From: Mobula birostris
Taxonomy: Eukaryota
Assembly: GCF_030028105.1 (NCBI RefSeq)
Contig: NC_092378.1
Coordinates: 100,863,731-100,927,730, forward strand
Length of the DNA: 64,000 nt
Reading direction: 5' to 3'
A model generated the notes under the pieces. That model had not been told where the DNA came from, did no database searches, and worked only from the letters and a program-made list of their open reading frames with translations. Positions 25,270 to 37,800 of this stretch are shown in pieces. The position numbers were made by a program, and so were the translations under genes. Every line of letters starts with the position of its first letter. Within the stretch, counting starts at the first letter, position 1.

Positions 25270-27450
25270 ACCTTAGTGTCATAGTCACATCGCATAGAAC
25301 CTCCTTGGCCCAGCTGGTCCACGCCGTACAAGATCCCCATCTAACTTGGTCCCATTTGCCTGCATTTGTAACATATCCCTCTAAATCTTTCCTATTCACA
25401 TACCTAGCCAAGTGCCTCTTGTATGTCATTAATGTACCTACCTCCACCATTTCTCTGGCAGCTCATTTACAAATGTTGCTCCTGCGTTTCCTGTTAAATT
25501 TCTCCCCAATTACCCCAAAACTCCCCGAGGTTTCAATTCTCCAGTTCCAGGGGGAGAAACATGCATTCACCCTACCTTGGCCTTCATGATGTTATGCTCC
25601 AATGAATAAAGTCCTGACCTGTTCAATCTTTCTTCATAATCCAGTCCTTCAAGTCCCAGAAACATCCTCATAAATCTCCACTGTACCCTTTCCAGATTAA
25701 TAGAATTTTTCCTATAGCAGGGTGATCAAAAATGAACTCATTTTCCAAATAGCAACCTCACCAAGGTCTTGCACAGCAGCAACATGACACCCAACTTCTG
25801 TAGTGCCCTGGCTGCTGGAAGCCAGCATGCCAAAGGCTTTCTTCACCGTGTTATTTACCTGTGACGCCAATTTCAGGGAACATGGACTTTTACTCCTAGA
25901 TCCCTCTGTTCTGCCACACTCCCTAAGACTCCACCATTCTAACTTTGTTTGCCTTCCCAATATGCAACATCTAACATTTAGAAACATAGAAAACCTACAG
26001 CACAATACAGGCCTAGAAATTACCTAGGGTTACCCATAGCCCTGTATTTTTCTAAGCTCCATGTACCTATCCAGGAGTTTCTTAAAAGACCCTATCGTAT
26101 CCGCCTTCACCACCGTCACCGGCAGCCCATTCCACGCACTCACCACTCTCTGCATTAAAAAAAAGCTTACCCTGACATCTCCTCTGTACCTACTTCCAAG
26201 CACCTTAAAACTCTTGTCTAGCCATTTCAGCCCTGGGGAAAAGCCTCTGACTATCCACATGATCAGTGCCTCTCATCATCTTACACACTTCTATCAGGTC
26301 ACCGCTCATCCTCTGCCACTCCAAGGAGAAAAGGCCGAGTTCACTCAACCTATTCTCATAGGGCATGCTCCCCAATCCAGGCAACATCCTTGTAAATTTC
26401 CTCTGCACCTTTCCGATAGTTTCCACATCCTGCAGTGAGGTGACCAGAACTGAGCACAGTACTCCAAGTGGTGTCTGACCAGTGTCCTATATAGCTGTAA
26501 CATTACCTCCAGGCTCTTAAACTCAATCCCACGGTTGATGAAGGCCAATGCACCATATGCCTTCTTAACCACAGAGTCAACTTGCACAGCTGCTTTGAAT
26601 GTCCTATGGATTCGGACCCCAAGATCCCTCTGATCCTCCACACTGCCAAGAGTCTTACCATTAATACTATATTCTGCCATCATATTTGACCTACAAAATG
26701 AACCACCTCACATGTATCTGGGTTGCACTTAATCTGCCACTTCTCAGCCCAGTTTTGCATCCTATCACTGTCCCATTGTAACCTCTGGCAGCCCTCCACA
26801 CTATCCACAACAACCCCAATCTTTGTATCATCAGCAAATTTACTAACCCATCCCTCCACTTTCTCCTCCAGGTCATTTTTAAAAATCATGAAGGGGTCCC
26901 AGAACAGATCCCTGAGGGACACCACTGGTCACCGACCTCCATGCAAAACATGATCCGTCTGCGGGCAAGCCAATTCTGGATCCACAAAGCAATGTCCCCT
27001 TGGATTCCATGCCTCCTTACTTTCTCAGAAAGCCTTGCATGGGATACCTTATCAAATGCCTTGCTGAAATCCATATACACTACAACTACTGCTCTACCTT
27101 CATCAATGTGTTTAGTCACATCCTTAAGAAATTCAATCAGGCTCTTCAGGCACGACCTGCCTTTGACAAAGCCATGCTGACTATTCCTAATCATGTTATG
27201 CCTCTCCAAATGTTCATAAATCCTGCCTCTCAGGATCTTTTCCATCAACTTACCAACCACTAAGTACGACTCACTGGGCTATAATTTCCTGGGCTATCCC
27301 TACTCCCTTTCTTGAATAAAGGAACATCTGCAACCCTCCAATCCTCTGAAACTTCTCCTGTCCCCACTGATGATGCAAAGATCATTGCCAGAGGCTCAGT
27401 AATCTCCTCCCTTGCCTCCCACCGTAGCCTGGGGTACATCTCATCCGATC
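25270..27450 (-). mobile_element. Two CR1 fragments (older 25270-25978; younger 25979-27450)
   Basis: Second tail tagaaacatagaaaacctacagc at ~25979; RT motifs DFSKAFD, FADD, LEYCAQFWSP. Confidence 0.88.
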
Positions 27451-28119
27451 CAAATGAAACTCCCTTTGCTAGTCTTCTCTCACTAATTTGTAAACCAGAG
27501 GGCTCCATAGAGAGTGGGATCACCTCAGCACCCACCTTCTCCAGAGGCACTGCCCTTGTCCATCCCATGCACCCTTTACCCAACCTATCAATTTAAAACT
27601 TGTACCCTTAATTTCCCGGTTGTGGTGAAATCTCCAAGCTAATACTGTTGAATGCCTCCAGCATGTTACATCTTCATTTCAGACTTCCAGCATCTGCAGG
27701 GTTTTTTTGATTTTCAATTGTTGTTTCATCCAAATTTCTCATAACTATGGGGGGTTTCTAGAACATTGACATCCAAAAGAAACACGCAACTTCAGACTTC
27801 CTGACATACCCATTTATTTCCATCTTCCAAAGAAAACATTTAAAAAAATATATTTTTATTTCTCCAGAGCAAGTGATGATTTAAACCCCCCCTTATTTTT
27901 AATTAATAACCCTATTAGTTTATTGATCATAATTTGGAGTGTACTTGTGACTAACTTGTATTCCCAACATTTGCCAGTGAGATTAAACCTGATTCTGTAT
28001 TGCAGTTTCAATATTGTCAGCACATTTGCCTTTGAGCGAAGGGTTATTGTTACAGGTTGTCTCCAGGTTCACAGTGTAGTACCAAGAAAGGCCACACGGC
28101 AAAAGATGGTGTCAGTGAG

Positions 28120-28500
28120 CAACATAGGAGTTGCTGGCAAACTTAGCAGGTGAGGCAGCATCTGTGGAGGCATACGGACAATCAATGAGTCCTTTCATCT
28201 GGATTGGAAAGAAAGAGGGGAAAAAGGTGAAGTAAGAACTGGTAGGTGATGGATGAATCCAGACGAGATGAGGGGGTGGTGGGAGAGACTGTGGGAACCA
28301 TGTCAGAAACTGGAAAGAGAAATGTCAAAGAGCTGAAGATGATGGAGTAAAGGTGGGGTTGGGATGGGGAATGAGTGGGTGATGGACAGATGGATATATG
28401 GGGGAAGGAGGTAAAGACAGAGTGATGGGGGGGCAAGTGGGTCAGGAAGGTTCAGAGGAGGATTGGATACTGCAAGTTTGAGCATTTGATGCTGTTGATG
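28120..28500 (-). mobile_element. Decayed PLE 3' end downstream of the SCNN1B stop
   Basis: gttgctggcaaacttagcaggtgaggcagcatctgtgg followed by a purine-rich tract like that at 58150-58450. Confidence 0.6.
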
Positions 28501-28869
28501 AGATGAGGGTAATGGGATATATTAGGTCCCAGAGCACTATCTCCCAAAAAAAAAGTCATTGTAAAAGCTTACCTGCTTGGGTGTTGTAGTGCTCTTTATG
28601 AGAGTGTACTGTGGGCAAATTGTCTGCTGTGCTTTCTGCATTAGATAATTGAATGTTTCATTCTGAAGTGAGTTGAGGCAGCCTGAGACTCTGAAAGATG
28701 CTAATTATTTTTTCCCTGGTCCAGCTATGTGAATATTTAGCGAGATAGCTGTATTATGCCATCCAGATTCAAGCAAGTTTTTTTCTTTTTTTTACCCTCT
28801 GAGGATGTTAGAAGATCCACTACCCATGTCCATGAAATAAAGCCCAAACACAATTCTTTAACTCTAGCT

Positions 28870-29220
28870 TCAGTCCCAAGTGTTGGTGACTTTGCTGATT
28901 GGATAGATCCGGAGTGAGTCATACTGAGGAGGAGGTGTACCCGGGATCGCCAGGGCACAAGGCCTTTCCACCTGGCTTTCCGGCTCCAGCTGGAAACCAC
29001 TGTTGACATGCTCCTCCACTGATTGACTCACGCTTGGTGGAGAGTGCGAGAGGTGTGGTTGAGCTCGGCGAGACCTGCGCACCGCGCACCACTTCACCAC
29101 CTTGATGGCAGTGATCCACAGGCAGTCAATCATGATCTCCATCAACTCAATGATGCACAGAATGGAGCCACCCATCCAGAACCCAAACTGTCCGCCCAAC
29201 TGGGAGGGAAGCCAGTCAAT
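28870..29220 (-). CDS. SCNN1B: SCNN1B (beta-ENaC) last coding exon (exon 13): TM2 and C-tail with PY motif
   Basis: tctttcag|ATT; encodes [45 protein letters not shown]...[36 protein letters not shown] and PGTPPPxYDSL are beta-subunit signatures. Confidence 0.96.
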   Translation of the reverse strand: MDWLPSQLGGQFGFWMGGSILCIIELMEIMIDCLWITAIKVVKWCAVRRSRRAQPHLSHSPPSVSQSVEEHVNSGFQLEPESQVERPCALAIPGTPPPQYDSLRIYPISKVTNTWD

Positions 29221-29235
29221 CTGAAAGAGTAGAAA

Positions 29236-29690
29236 CAACACACACACAATATTAGAGAAACTAGCAGGCCAGGCAGCATCTATGGAAATGAATAAACAGA
29301 CAACATTTCAGGCCGAGACCCTTCTTCAGGATTGAGAAGGAAGGGGGAAGAGAGCAGAACAAAAAAGTGGAGAGAGGGGAAGGAGGATAGCTGGAAGGTG
29401 ATAGGTGAAACCAGGTGGATGAGAAAGGTAAAGGGCTGGAGAAGAAAGAATTTGATAGGAGAGGAGAGTGGACCATATGAGAAAAGGGGGGAGGAGGGGA
29501 CCTAGGAGGAAGTGATAAGCAGGTGAGCAGGTAAAGGGTTAGAGTGGGGAATAGAGGAAGAGGGGAGGGGATGGATATTTTTACTGAAAGAAGAAATAGA
29601 TATTCGTACATCAGGTTGCAGGCTACTCAGATGGAATATAAGGTGTTGCTTCTCCACCCTGAAAGTAGCCTCATTGTAGTACACGAGGAG
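29236..29690 (-). mobile_element. PLE 3' end (GIY-YIG C-terminus, UTR, degenerate hammerhead) abutting the SCNN1B exon 13 acceptor
   Basis: NEATFRVEKQHLIFHLSSLQPD; reverse strand cctgaagaagggtctcggcctgaaatgttgtctg at ~29298-29331. Confidence 0.85.
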
Positions 29691-29943
29691 CTTTGTCTTA
29701 GGCTGTAAATACACATGTGCTCCCCAATAATGGACCAGAGCCACCCAACGAAGGTGGTTCCACACCTTCTGAACTATCTGTGAACATCCTTCCCTCTCAT
29801 GGATTCTACCCCAGCAAAAGGATACTCCTTCCAAGCCTGAGTTCTGTACCCTTTGATTGCCTGGAACCAGAATGTAGTGTGAACCTCAACTGTGACAGGT
29901 AGAATGAACATCAAAAAGGATTATATGTACTATGGAAACTTAC

Positions 29944-30019
29944 TGTTAAGGCTGGGTCCTCTTGTATTGTCCTGAAATTAATCTCTTGGAAATACAGGTT
30001 TAGTTTCAGGACACTTGAT
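29944..30019 (-). CDS. SCNN1B: SCNN1B exon 12 (76 nt)
   Basis: ttaacag|A...ACA|gtaagt; encodes (R)SSVLKLNLYFQEINFRTIQEDPALT. Confidence 0.95.
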
Positions 30020-30522
30020 CTGTTAAAAAATTGAGATTACAGTTAAAAGCTTTTTCTGATGGTTTTATTTTCACATTCATTCGACTTTGCCTGTTACCTC
30101 CCTACTTGTCCAACACACTGTTCCAGCTCTCCTTGTTCCGAACTCCTCTGAGTGGTTAGGGTGGGGGACGGTTGGGGATGCACAGTTGAAGTTTCTCTTT
30201 ATTGACCCTATTGATTACTTAATCATTGTAAACATCTTAATTAGATCATCACTCCACCCTCAAAAGAAATTAATTCCTTGGTTGTCAGTTTTTTTTCTAT
30301 TAATAGTCCAATGAATCTCAGTTGTCTCAAGGAAATTCTACTCTGAATTTGTGACATGCAGATGTTCTTTGGACGTTGTATTATTTTAATGGGTCTGCTG
30401 ACTGCAGCCCCATGGCAGGCACCCACAGAATGAAACAAGTTTTAGAAAAATCAAAGACCCCTCCAACCTTCTCCAGCTGTTTTTAAGAACAGATTCCAAT
30501 ACTCAGTCAACCACGAACTTAC

Positions 30523-30584
30523 CTGTTTACAGTAATGGTAGTTGAGTAATCCCTCTCATAAGATAAAACAGAATAAATCCAGTC
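30523..30584 (-). CDS. SCNN1B: SCNN1B exon 11 (62 nt)
   Basis: tttcag|GAC...AACAG|gtaagt; encodes DWIYSVLSYERDYSTTITVN(R). Confidence 0.95.
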
Positions 30585-30669
30585 CTGAAAGTTAAATTGA
30601 GAAACAAGCTCAGACACTAGTATTGTAAGTTTTCCAGAACAAATATCATATTTCCTATTTTAATGCCAT

Positions 30670-30940
30670 GGAGGAGGCCGTTTGGTGCTTTGAGTCCATG
30701 CTGGTTCTCAGAGCAATCCAATCAATTTCATTCCCCCATTTATTTCCACGCCCCCCCCCCCCACAATGGGAGAAATTTACAGTGGCCAATTAACCTCTGA
30801 GATATAGGAAGATTCTGGAACACCTGTGGGAGATCCACAGAGACAACATGCAAACTCCACATGGACAGTAGCAAAGGTCAGGGGTCAGTTCGGTGGCAGG
30901 AGCTGTGAGATAGCAGCACTACTCAGCCATGTTGCTGTGA
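30670..30940 (-). mobile_element. Decayed V-SINE
   Basis: aatttacagtggccaattaacct...acatgcaaactccacatggacag...agctgtgagatagcagcact. Confidence 0.6.
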
Positions 30941-32429
30941 TTGCAACAATATCATCTTCTCTTGCATTGATCAACACTCTAAATACATCTGTGCCACAGT
31001 CCTATAAAATAGATACAATTTTGCCTTTCAGTCCACTTGCCTTGCTGCCAATGTCTGATCTATCTACTGGTTTTTTTCACCTCTGTACCTCCTCTCCAAT
31101 TGTATATCCCACCTCTGTGAGCCATTCCCTGATCAAGTTATCCTTCTCAATAGCAGAAGCAAACTTCTGCAGAGTGAAAATCTATCATTTCACATTGCTC
31201 AGAAATTTCAAGCAGGTTCTTTGTAACTTATCCTTGTAACCCAGGTTATATTTTCACATCAGGGCATTATGCAATGGTGGGCTGGAGAATTGCAGAATTG
31301 CAGAAAAATATGGAACATGTTACCTTGGAGTGCTTGTGCTGTGCATTCCTGGGACAAAGTGGTCTTTAAAGAACCTCTGGCAAACCACAAACTAACTGAA
31401 CAGACTTTGTAACAGTCCATTCCCATCTGGTCCCTGCTCGCAGCAGTTTATATCACTACAACCCTGTCTCCCCATAACATTCATCCTAGCTGAACCTGAT
31501 TTCCCCAGACACATCTCCCTCCAGCTCCACTAGCCACAAGTCTGCTCAAGCCAGTGGCTTATGCCATGCCTTAAGGAAAGACGGGTGTGCTTGCCCATCA
31601 TACCTGTGAAGGTACCCAACGTAGTTATAGCTTATTAATCAATGGTGAGGCAATGATCCAACTAGTCTAGGCTCATAATATTGACATTATTCCAGTCTTC
31701 CCTGATATTGCACTGGAATTTCTAGGTATTGTAACAATATCATAGCCAACCAGAGTGGAAGTGATTGGGTAAATTTCCAAGTAATTAACTTTGATGACTA
31801 TGTTACTTTAAGAGACTGAGCTGATTTTATGCACATAACCTCTGCTCACTGCATTTTATTTTGGAGGAAACAGTGCCGTAGCTTCTGTTCCCTCTGACCT
31901 TTAGATCATTTGTTTTCTTAGTAAATTGCCACTGTTGTACAAGAGACTGCTTGGAGTCACATTCCACCTCCAATCAACTGCTGACAACCTTAAGTGAGAA
32001 AAGGGGAGAAATCAACCCTTGGGACAAACTATTACAAAGAGTTTCCTGTGCACACCTTGGCTGCTGCTTTTCCCGCTGATACTGCATTTCCAAAGTACTT
32101 AAAGCACTAAAGAATGACGGGGGAGGGGGGCAGGTTGTTAGAGGAACGGTCATTAAACATGTCATACAAAATGTAAGCTAATCCTTTGTCCAGTCCCTCT
32201 GCTAGCACAGTGGGCACAGGGTCAACCTCAAATCAGAGAGGAGACGAAGGGAAGAGATGAACGAATCTTCAATTGCAGCTAGTGGAGCCACAGTTTGCAA
32301 TCACTTCAACTGGACATTTCCCTGTTGAAGGAACAGGGTTTCAGGGACAGAATACATAGCTCAATTACACAGATCAGGCTGTGGAGTAGTTCTTTTCAGA
32401 CTGCAAAGGTTTCAGCGTAAAAGCCAGCC

Positions 32430-33200
32430 ATTTGGGTCACTATTAATCCTTTTGCCCTAACATCTGCCCATCCTCTACTCCAATCCCAAATTAATCCTAC
32501 TGCCTTGACCTCGCTGAACATCCATGCGTCAGTTCCAAACTAATCCTGCTGCCCCGATCTATCGATGACTTTAGGAATCCCAAACTAATTTTACCGAGTC
32601 ACTTCTCATAGCCCTCATCAATCCCAGACTAACCTCATTGCAATGACAAAGTACTCCTGTTTCCTCATCTCCCCTCAGTGCCCCCTGCCAATAAGAGTAT
32701 CATTCCAGTGGCACACTCTGACCCCACAACTTACTCAAGTACCTCATGCTCTTGACAGGCTGCTCCAGCAACATGCTCTCCCCCCACTGGGCTGCATCGA
32801 CTAAAAACTAGCCCCTCCTCTCTTTCCAATCTCTATCATGTATTCAAACCTAGCCCCACTGCCTCGGTAAGCTACACAGCCTAGTCCTGTCCCAAATTGA
32901 ACTCATCACACTAATACCTCCACGGACTGTCAAACCCAGTCCAATATTGCTAAATCATTTTGCCATGTATCAGCCAGAAATTAAAAGCAATACTCACTCT
33001 TTCCTCACAGGCTTCTTTAAACCACAATCTAATGCCCCTGCCTTGCCATCTCTCTAAAACACTGCACAAATCTAAAATTACACTTATTGTTTCAGTCGCA
33101 TTCTGCACCCCCATATTAATCCCAAACAAATCCAAATGACTGCTGCTCTGTATCAATCCTGATTCCAGTCATACTATCTCACCACATCTGGACTGTGTTC
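32430..33200. repeat. Cryptic ~45-bp degenerate tandem repeat
   Basis: Core a(a)tcccaaa(c/t)taatcc..ctgcc recurs at ~32482, 32531, 32576 and 32620; weaker at ~32800, 32842, 32888 and 33118. Confidence 0.5.
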
Positions 33201-33269
33201 CAGGTAATCATAGGACCATGTCCTCTCACCTCATTCATAGAGCAAACCCATGTTTTTTTTTCTTGAGAC

Positions 33270-33505
33270 ATTTATTCAGAGATACAGCACAGAAACAGGA
33301 CCTTCCGACCCATCAAGTCCACGCTGCCCACTTACACCCATGAGACCAATTAAACTACTATCCTGTACGTCTTTGGGAAGTAGATGGAAATCTGTGTGGT
33401 CATGGGGGAGAACGTACAGACTCCTTCCAGAAAGCAGTGAAGTTGATCCCGGGTCGCTAGTGCTGTAATTGTGTTTCTCTAACCGCTGTACTACTGTGTC
33501 ACCCA
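33270..33505 (-). mobile_element. HE1-type V-SINE, internally deleted
   Basis: tttattcagagatacagcacagaaacagg...gtacgtctttggga...gagaacgtacagactcctt...ctaaccgctgtactactgtgtcaccc. Confidence 0.7.
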
Positions 33506-34041
33506 TTCACACAAGCACATGAACGGGCAGGGGATGGAGGGATATAGACTATATGCAGGCAGATGGGATTAGCTTAAACTGTCATCATGGTTGTCACAGA
33601 CACTGTGGGCTGAACAGTCAGTTCCTTTCTAGGTTCTGTGTTTTCTGGGTTAATGGATTTGTAGTTTCTCTGAATAAAGGAATATTTCTACCTCAACTAT
33701 TCATTTTTAATGGTAATTTGATATGAAAGTAGAGATTCCATCCTACTTTGCATAGTTGCCAGGTTACCACGAACTCCTATAACCACTTAGCATCCACTCC
33801 AGCAACCCAGAGATCCGTCCCTAATGAGCTGTGTTAATATGGACAGTAAGTAACGTGACCCGTTTTCCTGACCCCGCCAATCACCCATCTTCTCAACCCA
33901 CAGCGGGTAGGGGTCCCCATCCAGTATCAGCACAGGCAAAAGAGAATGAGTCCTGACACTGAGGTACTCAGAAGTCACAAACTAAGCCACTGGGGGTGCC
34001 AGCCAGTTACTCTTCAACAGGCAGTCAGTGCTTGGGCCTAC

Positions 34042-34099
34042 CTCTGAGGATTCCGATGGCCAATCTGCCATAGAGATGGTCAGTCTATATTGGGTCTCA
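34042..34099 (-). CDS. SCNN1B: SCNN1B exon 10 (58 nt)
   Basis: ccctacag|T...GAG|gtaggc; encodes (N)ETQYRLTISMADWPSESSE. Confidence 0.96.
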
Positions 34100-34204
34100 C
34101 TGTAGGGAAAGAAGTTGGTGAGTTGGATTACTTCAAAGACTGTCTCTGACTTAAGACACTTTCTTATGCTTTTCTTCTTGGTCTTCTCTACTCCTCTCAG
34201 AGTT

Positions 34205-34430
34205 TGAGAGACACAAGGGACTCCAGATGCTGGAATCTGGAGCAAAAAACAAAAACAAACTGTTGCAGGAACTTGGAGGGTTAAGCAGCATTTGGGGGTA
34301 AAAGGAATTGTTTACGTTCAGGTCAAAACCCTATTTCGGTCCTGATGTGGCGTCTCAAACTGGAAAATTGACAAATCCTTTCCCTTCACAGATGCTGCTT
34401 AATCCGCAGAGTCCCTCCCAGTGTCTAACT
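34205..34430. mobile_element. Older inverted PLE terminus pair
   Basis: cagatgctggaatctggagc...aagcagcattt / gtcctgatgtggcgtctcaaactggaaaattgac...cagatgctgctt. Confidence 0.6.
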
Positions 34431-34887
34431 GTTCTCTCTGGGAGTCTTTCATGTCCCTCTCCTTGACCCTCAAAATCTCTCCTCTCATTATCTTTTATCC
34501 CACCTCTCCTTCTCCCTCTTCCTCTCCTCTCCCACACCACTCCCCAATTTGCTGTCTCCCTTTTTGTTTTAACCTAATTCATCATCCACTTTTAAAAATT
34601 GGCCTCTTCATATCTGCATAAACATCTCCAAAACACATAGATACCAGAACCCTTCTCAGTGTCCTATCCTCTAGTGATCACCCTCCATTGCCTTGTGTTC
34701 CACTCCTCACCTCCTTTGTCTCCCCCTCCAGTACATTTTTGGACACCTCTATTGTCTTACTGTTTCACCCTTTAGAGTTCTCTCCTCCACTGACTTAGCT
34801 CTGCTTTGTCTTATCCCTGAAATAACTCAGCCCGCATATTGCCCAACCCCTTCGTTCCTTTGCCCTCTCCGACTTCTTCTTGCCATT

Positions 34888-37800
34888 TGTAGTGTATTTA
34901 ATATTTCAATTATATTTGAGTAATACTGTAAAATATTGTTTGATTAAGCACTCTTTGTTTATATAATTCATTATATGTAACAAGTATGTGCACGGCATAT
35001 TTCACATTACACCATCACGTCATATGTGAGTACCTCAATAAAGAAAAGAACTAAGTAGACAATTATCTCAGGCTCCCCTGTTTTTCTTTCGATTAGTTTC
35101 TGAAGTTAAAAAGCATAACAGTGGTGATGAGGAACTTTTAAAATAAACCCGAGATGACTACCTACCTGTTGAAGTGCAGCACATTTTTCTTCAAAAGGGG
35201 AGAGAGACGGTCCAGTTAAAAAAAAAGGCAGGAAACTGATGAAATTAACAAGCAGCGAGAGTGCTGCCACGGGTTCATAAATAGTGAGTACTGGGTGACA
35301 ATAATAAAATTTTAAAAAAGCAGAAATGGCAGGTTACATTGGAAAGATAGACATGTTCAATTGCGCATCAGATAACTGGATAATGTATACTAAATGAATT
35401 GGGAAGTATTTTGAGGCAAATGAAATAGCCAATGAGAAATGAGTACCAGTGTTGCTGAGTGTATTGGGTGGAAGATTATACAGTTTACTTAGAAGTTTAA
35501 CTGCTCCAACCAAACCAGCCAAATTGAGCTTTGCTGGTAAGGTGAATGTAAGGCAGTAACATTTAGAACTGAAACCATTGTTGATTGCAGAAATGTTTAG
35601 GTTTCATAAACAGAATCAAAAGTGAGGGTAGTCCATTGCAGCTAATGTGGCTGAATTTAAGAAATTGTCCCAGCATTGTCAGTTCAGTGATGGGCTTAAA
35701 GATGCACTGATAAACTTTAATTTGTGGAATCTTACAAGAAAATATTAAAAAAATGACCCCTAACCAAAGCACAACTCACATTTAAAAGAGGAGTTGAAAT
35801 TGCTATATCAATGGAAACAACAGCTAGAGTCGCAATTGAGTTGGTCAGGAATGAATGCGAGTGTGAACAAAATTGCAATGTAAAACAGAAACCTTCCTGG
35901 CTGAACAAATTGTGCTACCATTGTGGCAGGGGCTTGCATTCACCAAACCAATGCAGGTTTAAACACAAAACTTTCATAAAATACAACAAAGTAGGTCATA
36001 TACAAAGAGCAAGAGCATGACAAAAATAAATGGACTGCATAGGGAAGAGAAAAACATTAAAAAGTCAAGTTGCAGTTTCTAAAAGAGCACTAATCTACAT
36101 GCTGTTGATGAAAAATCTGGTAATGATGAGAGTGACACAGGACTGAGTAGCCTTGAAATTGACAGTGTGAAAGCACACAAGAGACGAGCAATATGACTTA
36201 CATCAGAAGTGAACGGCAAATTAATTAAAATGGAAATGGACATTGGCTTGGCTGTTGCAGCAATTCCACAAAACACTGCAGTGTTCGAGGGTAACACTGC
36301 AGTGTTCGAGGGTGACACTGAAAAACTCAAACATTTCAAGGGTAAAATAGTGCTAAATGAAAATGCCACACCCAAGTTTTACAAAGCATGTCCAGTTCCT
36401 TATACTCTCCATAATAAAGTAGCCTGTGAGCTAGATTGTATGGAGGCTGAAGGAATTCTTTCCAAGGTTGAGCACACGGGCAATGCCAGTGGTCCCAGTA
36501 GCCAAGAAGAAGAGCCTGTCAGGATCTGTGGTGATTTTAAGGTCACCATCAACCCAGTGCTGAAAATAGATCAATAACCCCTGCCCAGGATAGAGAATAT
36601 CTTTGCAAACCTTTCTGGAAGGAAAACTTCAGCAAATTGGACTTAGCTGAGACCTATCTACAGATGGAGATGGAAAAAGAGCACAAGTTATTTCTCATGA
36701 TAAATACCAAAGGGCTTTATTGCTATAATAGGCTTATTTTTTGTAGCATCTGCACATGCTTTCTGACAGAAAGCTATGGACCAGGTGCTACAAGGCCTCC
36801 CAGGGACTCAGAGTTACCTGGATGACATCGTTGTTTCTGGCAATGATGACAAGGAACATCTCCAAAATTTCAAGACATTGTTAAAAAGATTAGAAGATTA
36901 TGGGTTCAGAGCATGATACAACACGTGTGAATTCTTTAAACCAAGCATCACTTACTGTAGTTACACCACTGACTCACAAGAATTACACAAATGCGTCAAG
37001 AAAAATCAAACAGTGGTGGATGCCTCAAGGCCAAAGAGAGTGTCACAGTTGTGGTTCTTTTTAGGATTTGTCAATTATTCTAAAAGGTTCCTACCAAACC
37101 TGGCTACTGTGCTTTACCCCTTGAAGTCATAAGTACAGATCACAAAGAAATGACAATGGATAAAAACAGAGTGAGGTGGTTTTCAAAAAGGTAAAGGAAA
37201 TAGTGACATCAGACATTGTACTCACACACTGTGATCCACATCGTCCAGTAAAGCTCGCCTGTGACACCTCACCTTATGGTACAGGTGCAGCCATGTCACA
37301 TGTTATGAGTGATAGAAGCAAATGCCCCATAACATTTGCATCTCGTTCCCTTACCACTGCAGAGAAAATTATGCACAGATTGACAGAAAGGCCTTGAGTC
37401 TGGTTTGGGGTGTAAAATATTTCTACCAGTACCATCAACCACTAGTGGCCATTTTCAATCCACAGAAGGGTGTTCCACTAACAGCGGCACCACAAATGCA
37501 GAGATGGGCTCTGTTTCTTGGAGGATACAACTACAAGATCGAATTCAAGAGAACAACTCATCATGGAAATGCTGATGGATTGTCCCATTTACCCTTGGAA
37601 AAGGAAATACCTGAAAAATTGACAAAAGAGGACACTTCTCTAGACATATTCTCCCTAATGGCAAGCCAAAAGTCTTCCTATTACCGCAGAAATGATCTAA
37701 AGGGAAAGCAGAAAAGACCCCAGACTGTCTCAGATTTACATGGCCACCCAAAATAGCTGGAATGTGCAGCGGAACTCCAGTTTCCCTGTTTTTACCAGCG

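Noticed and set aside
27813-27924. SCNN1B poly(A) signals (three tttatt on +)
   Set aside because: Plausible, but in an AT-rich tract where chance hits are expected; cannot be assigned without 3'-end data.
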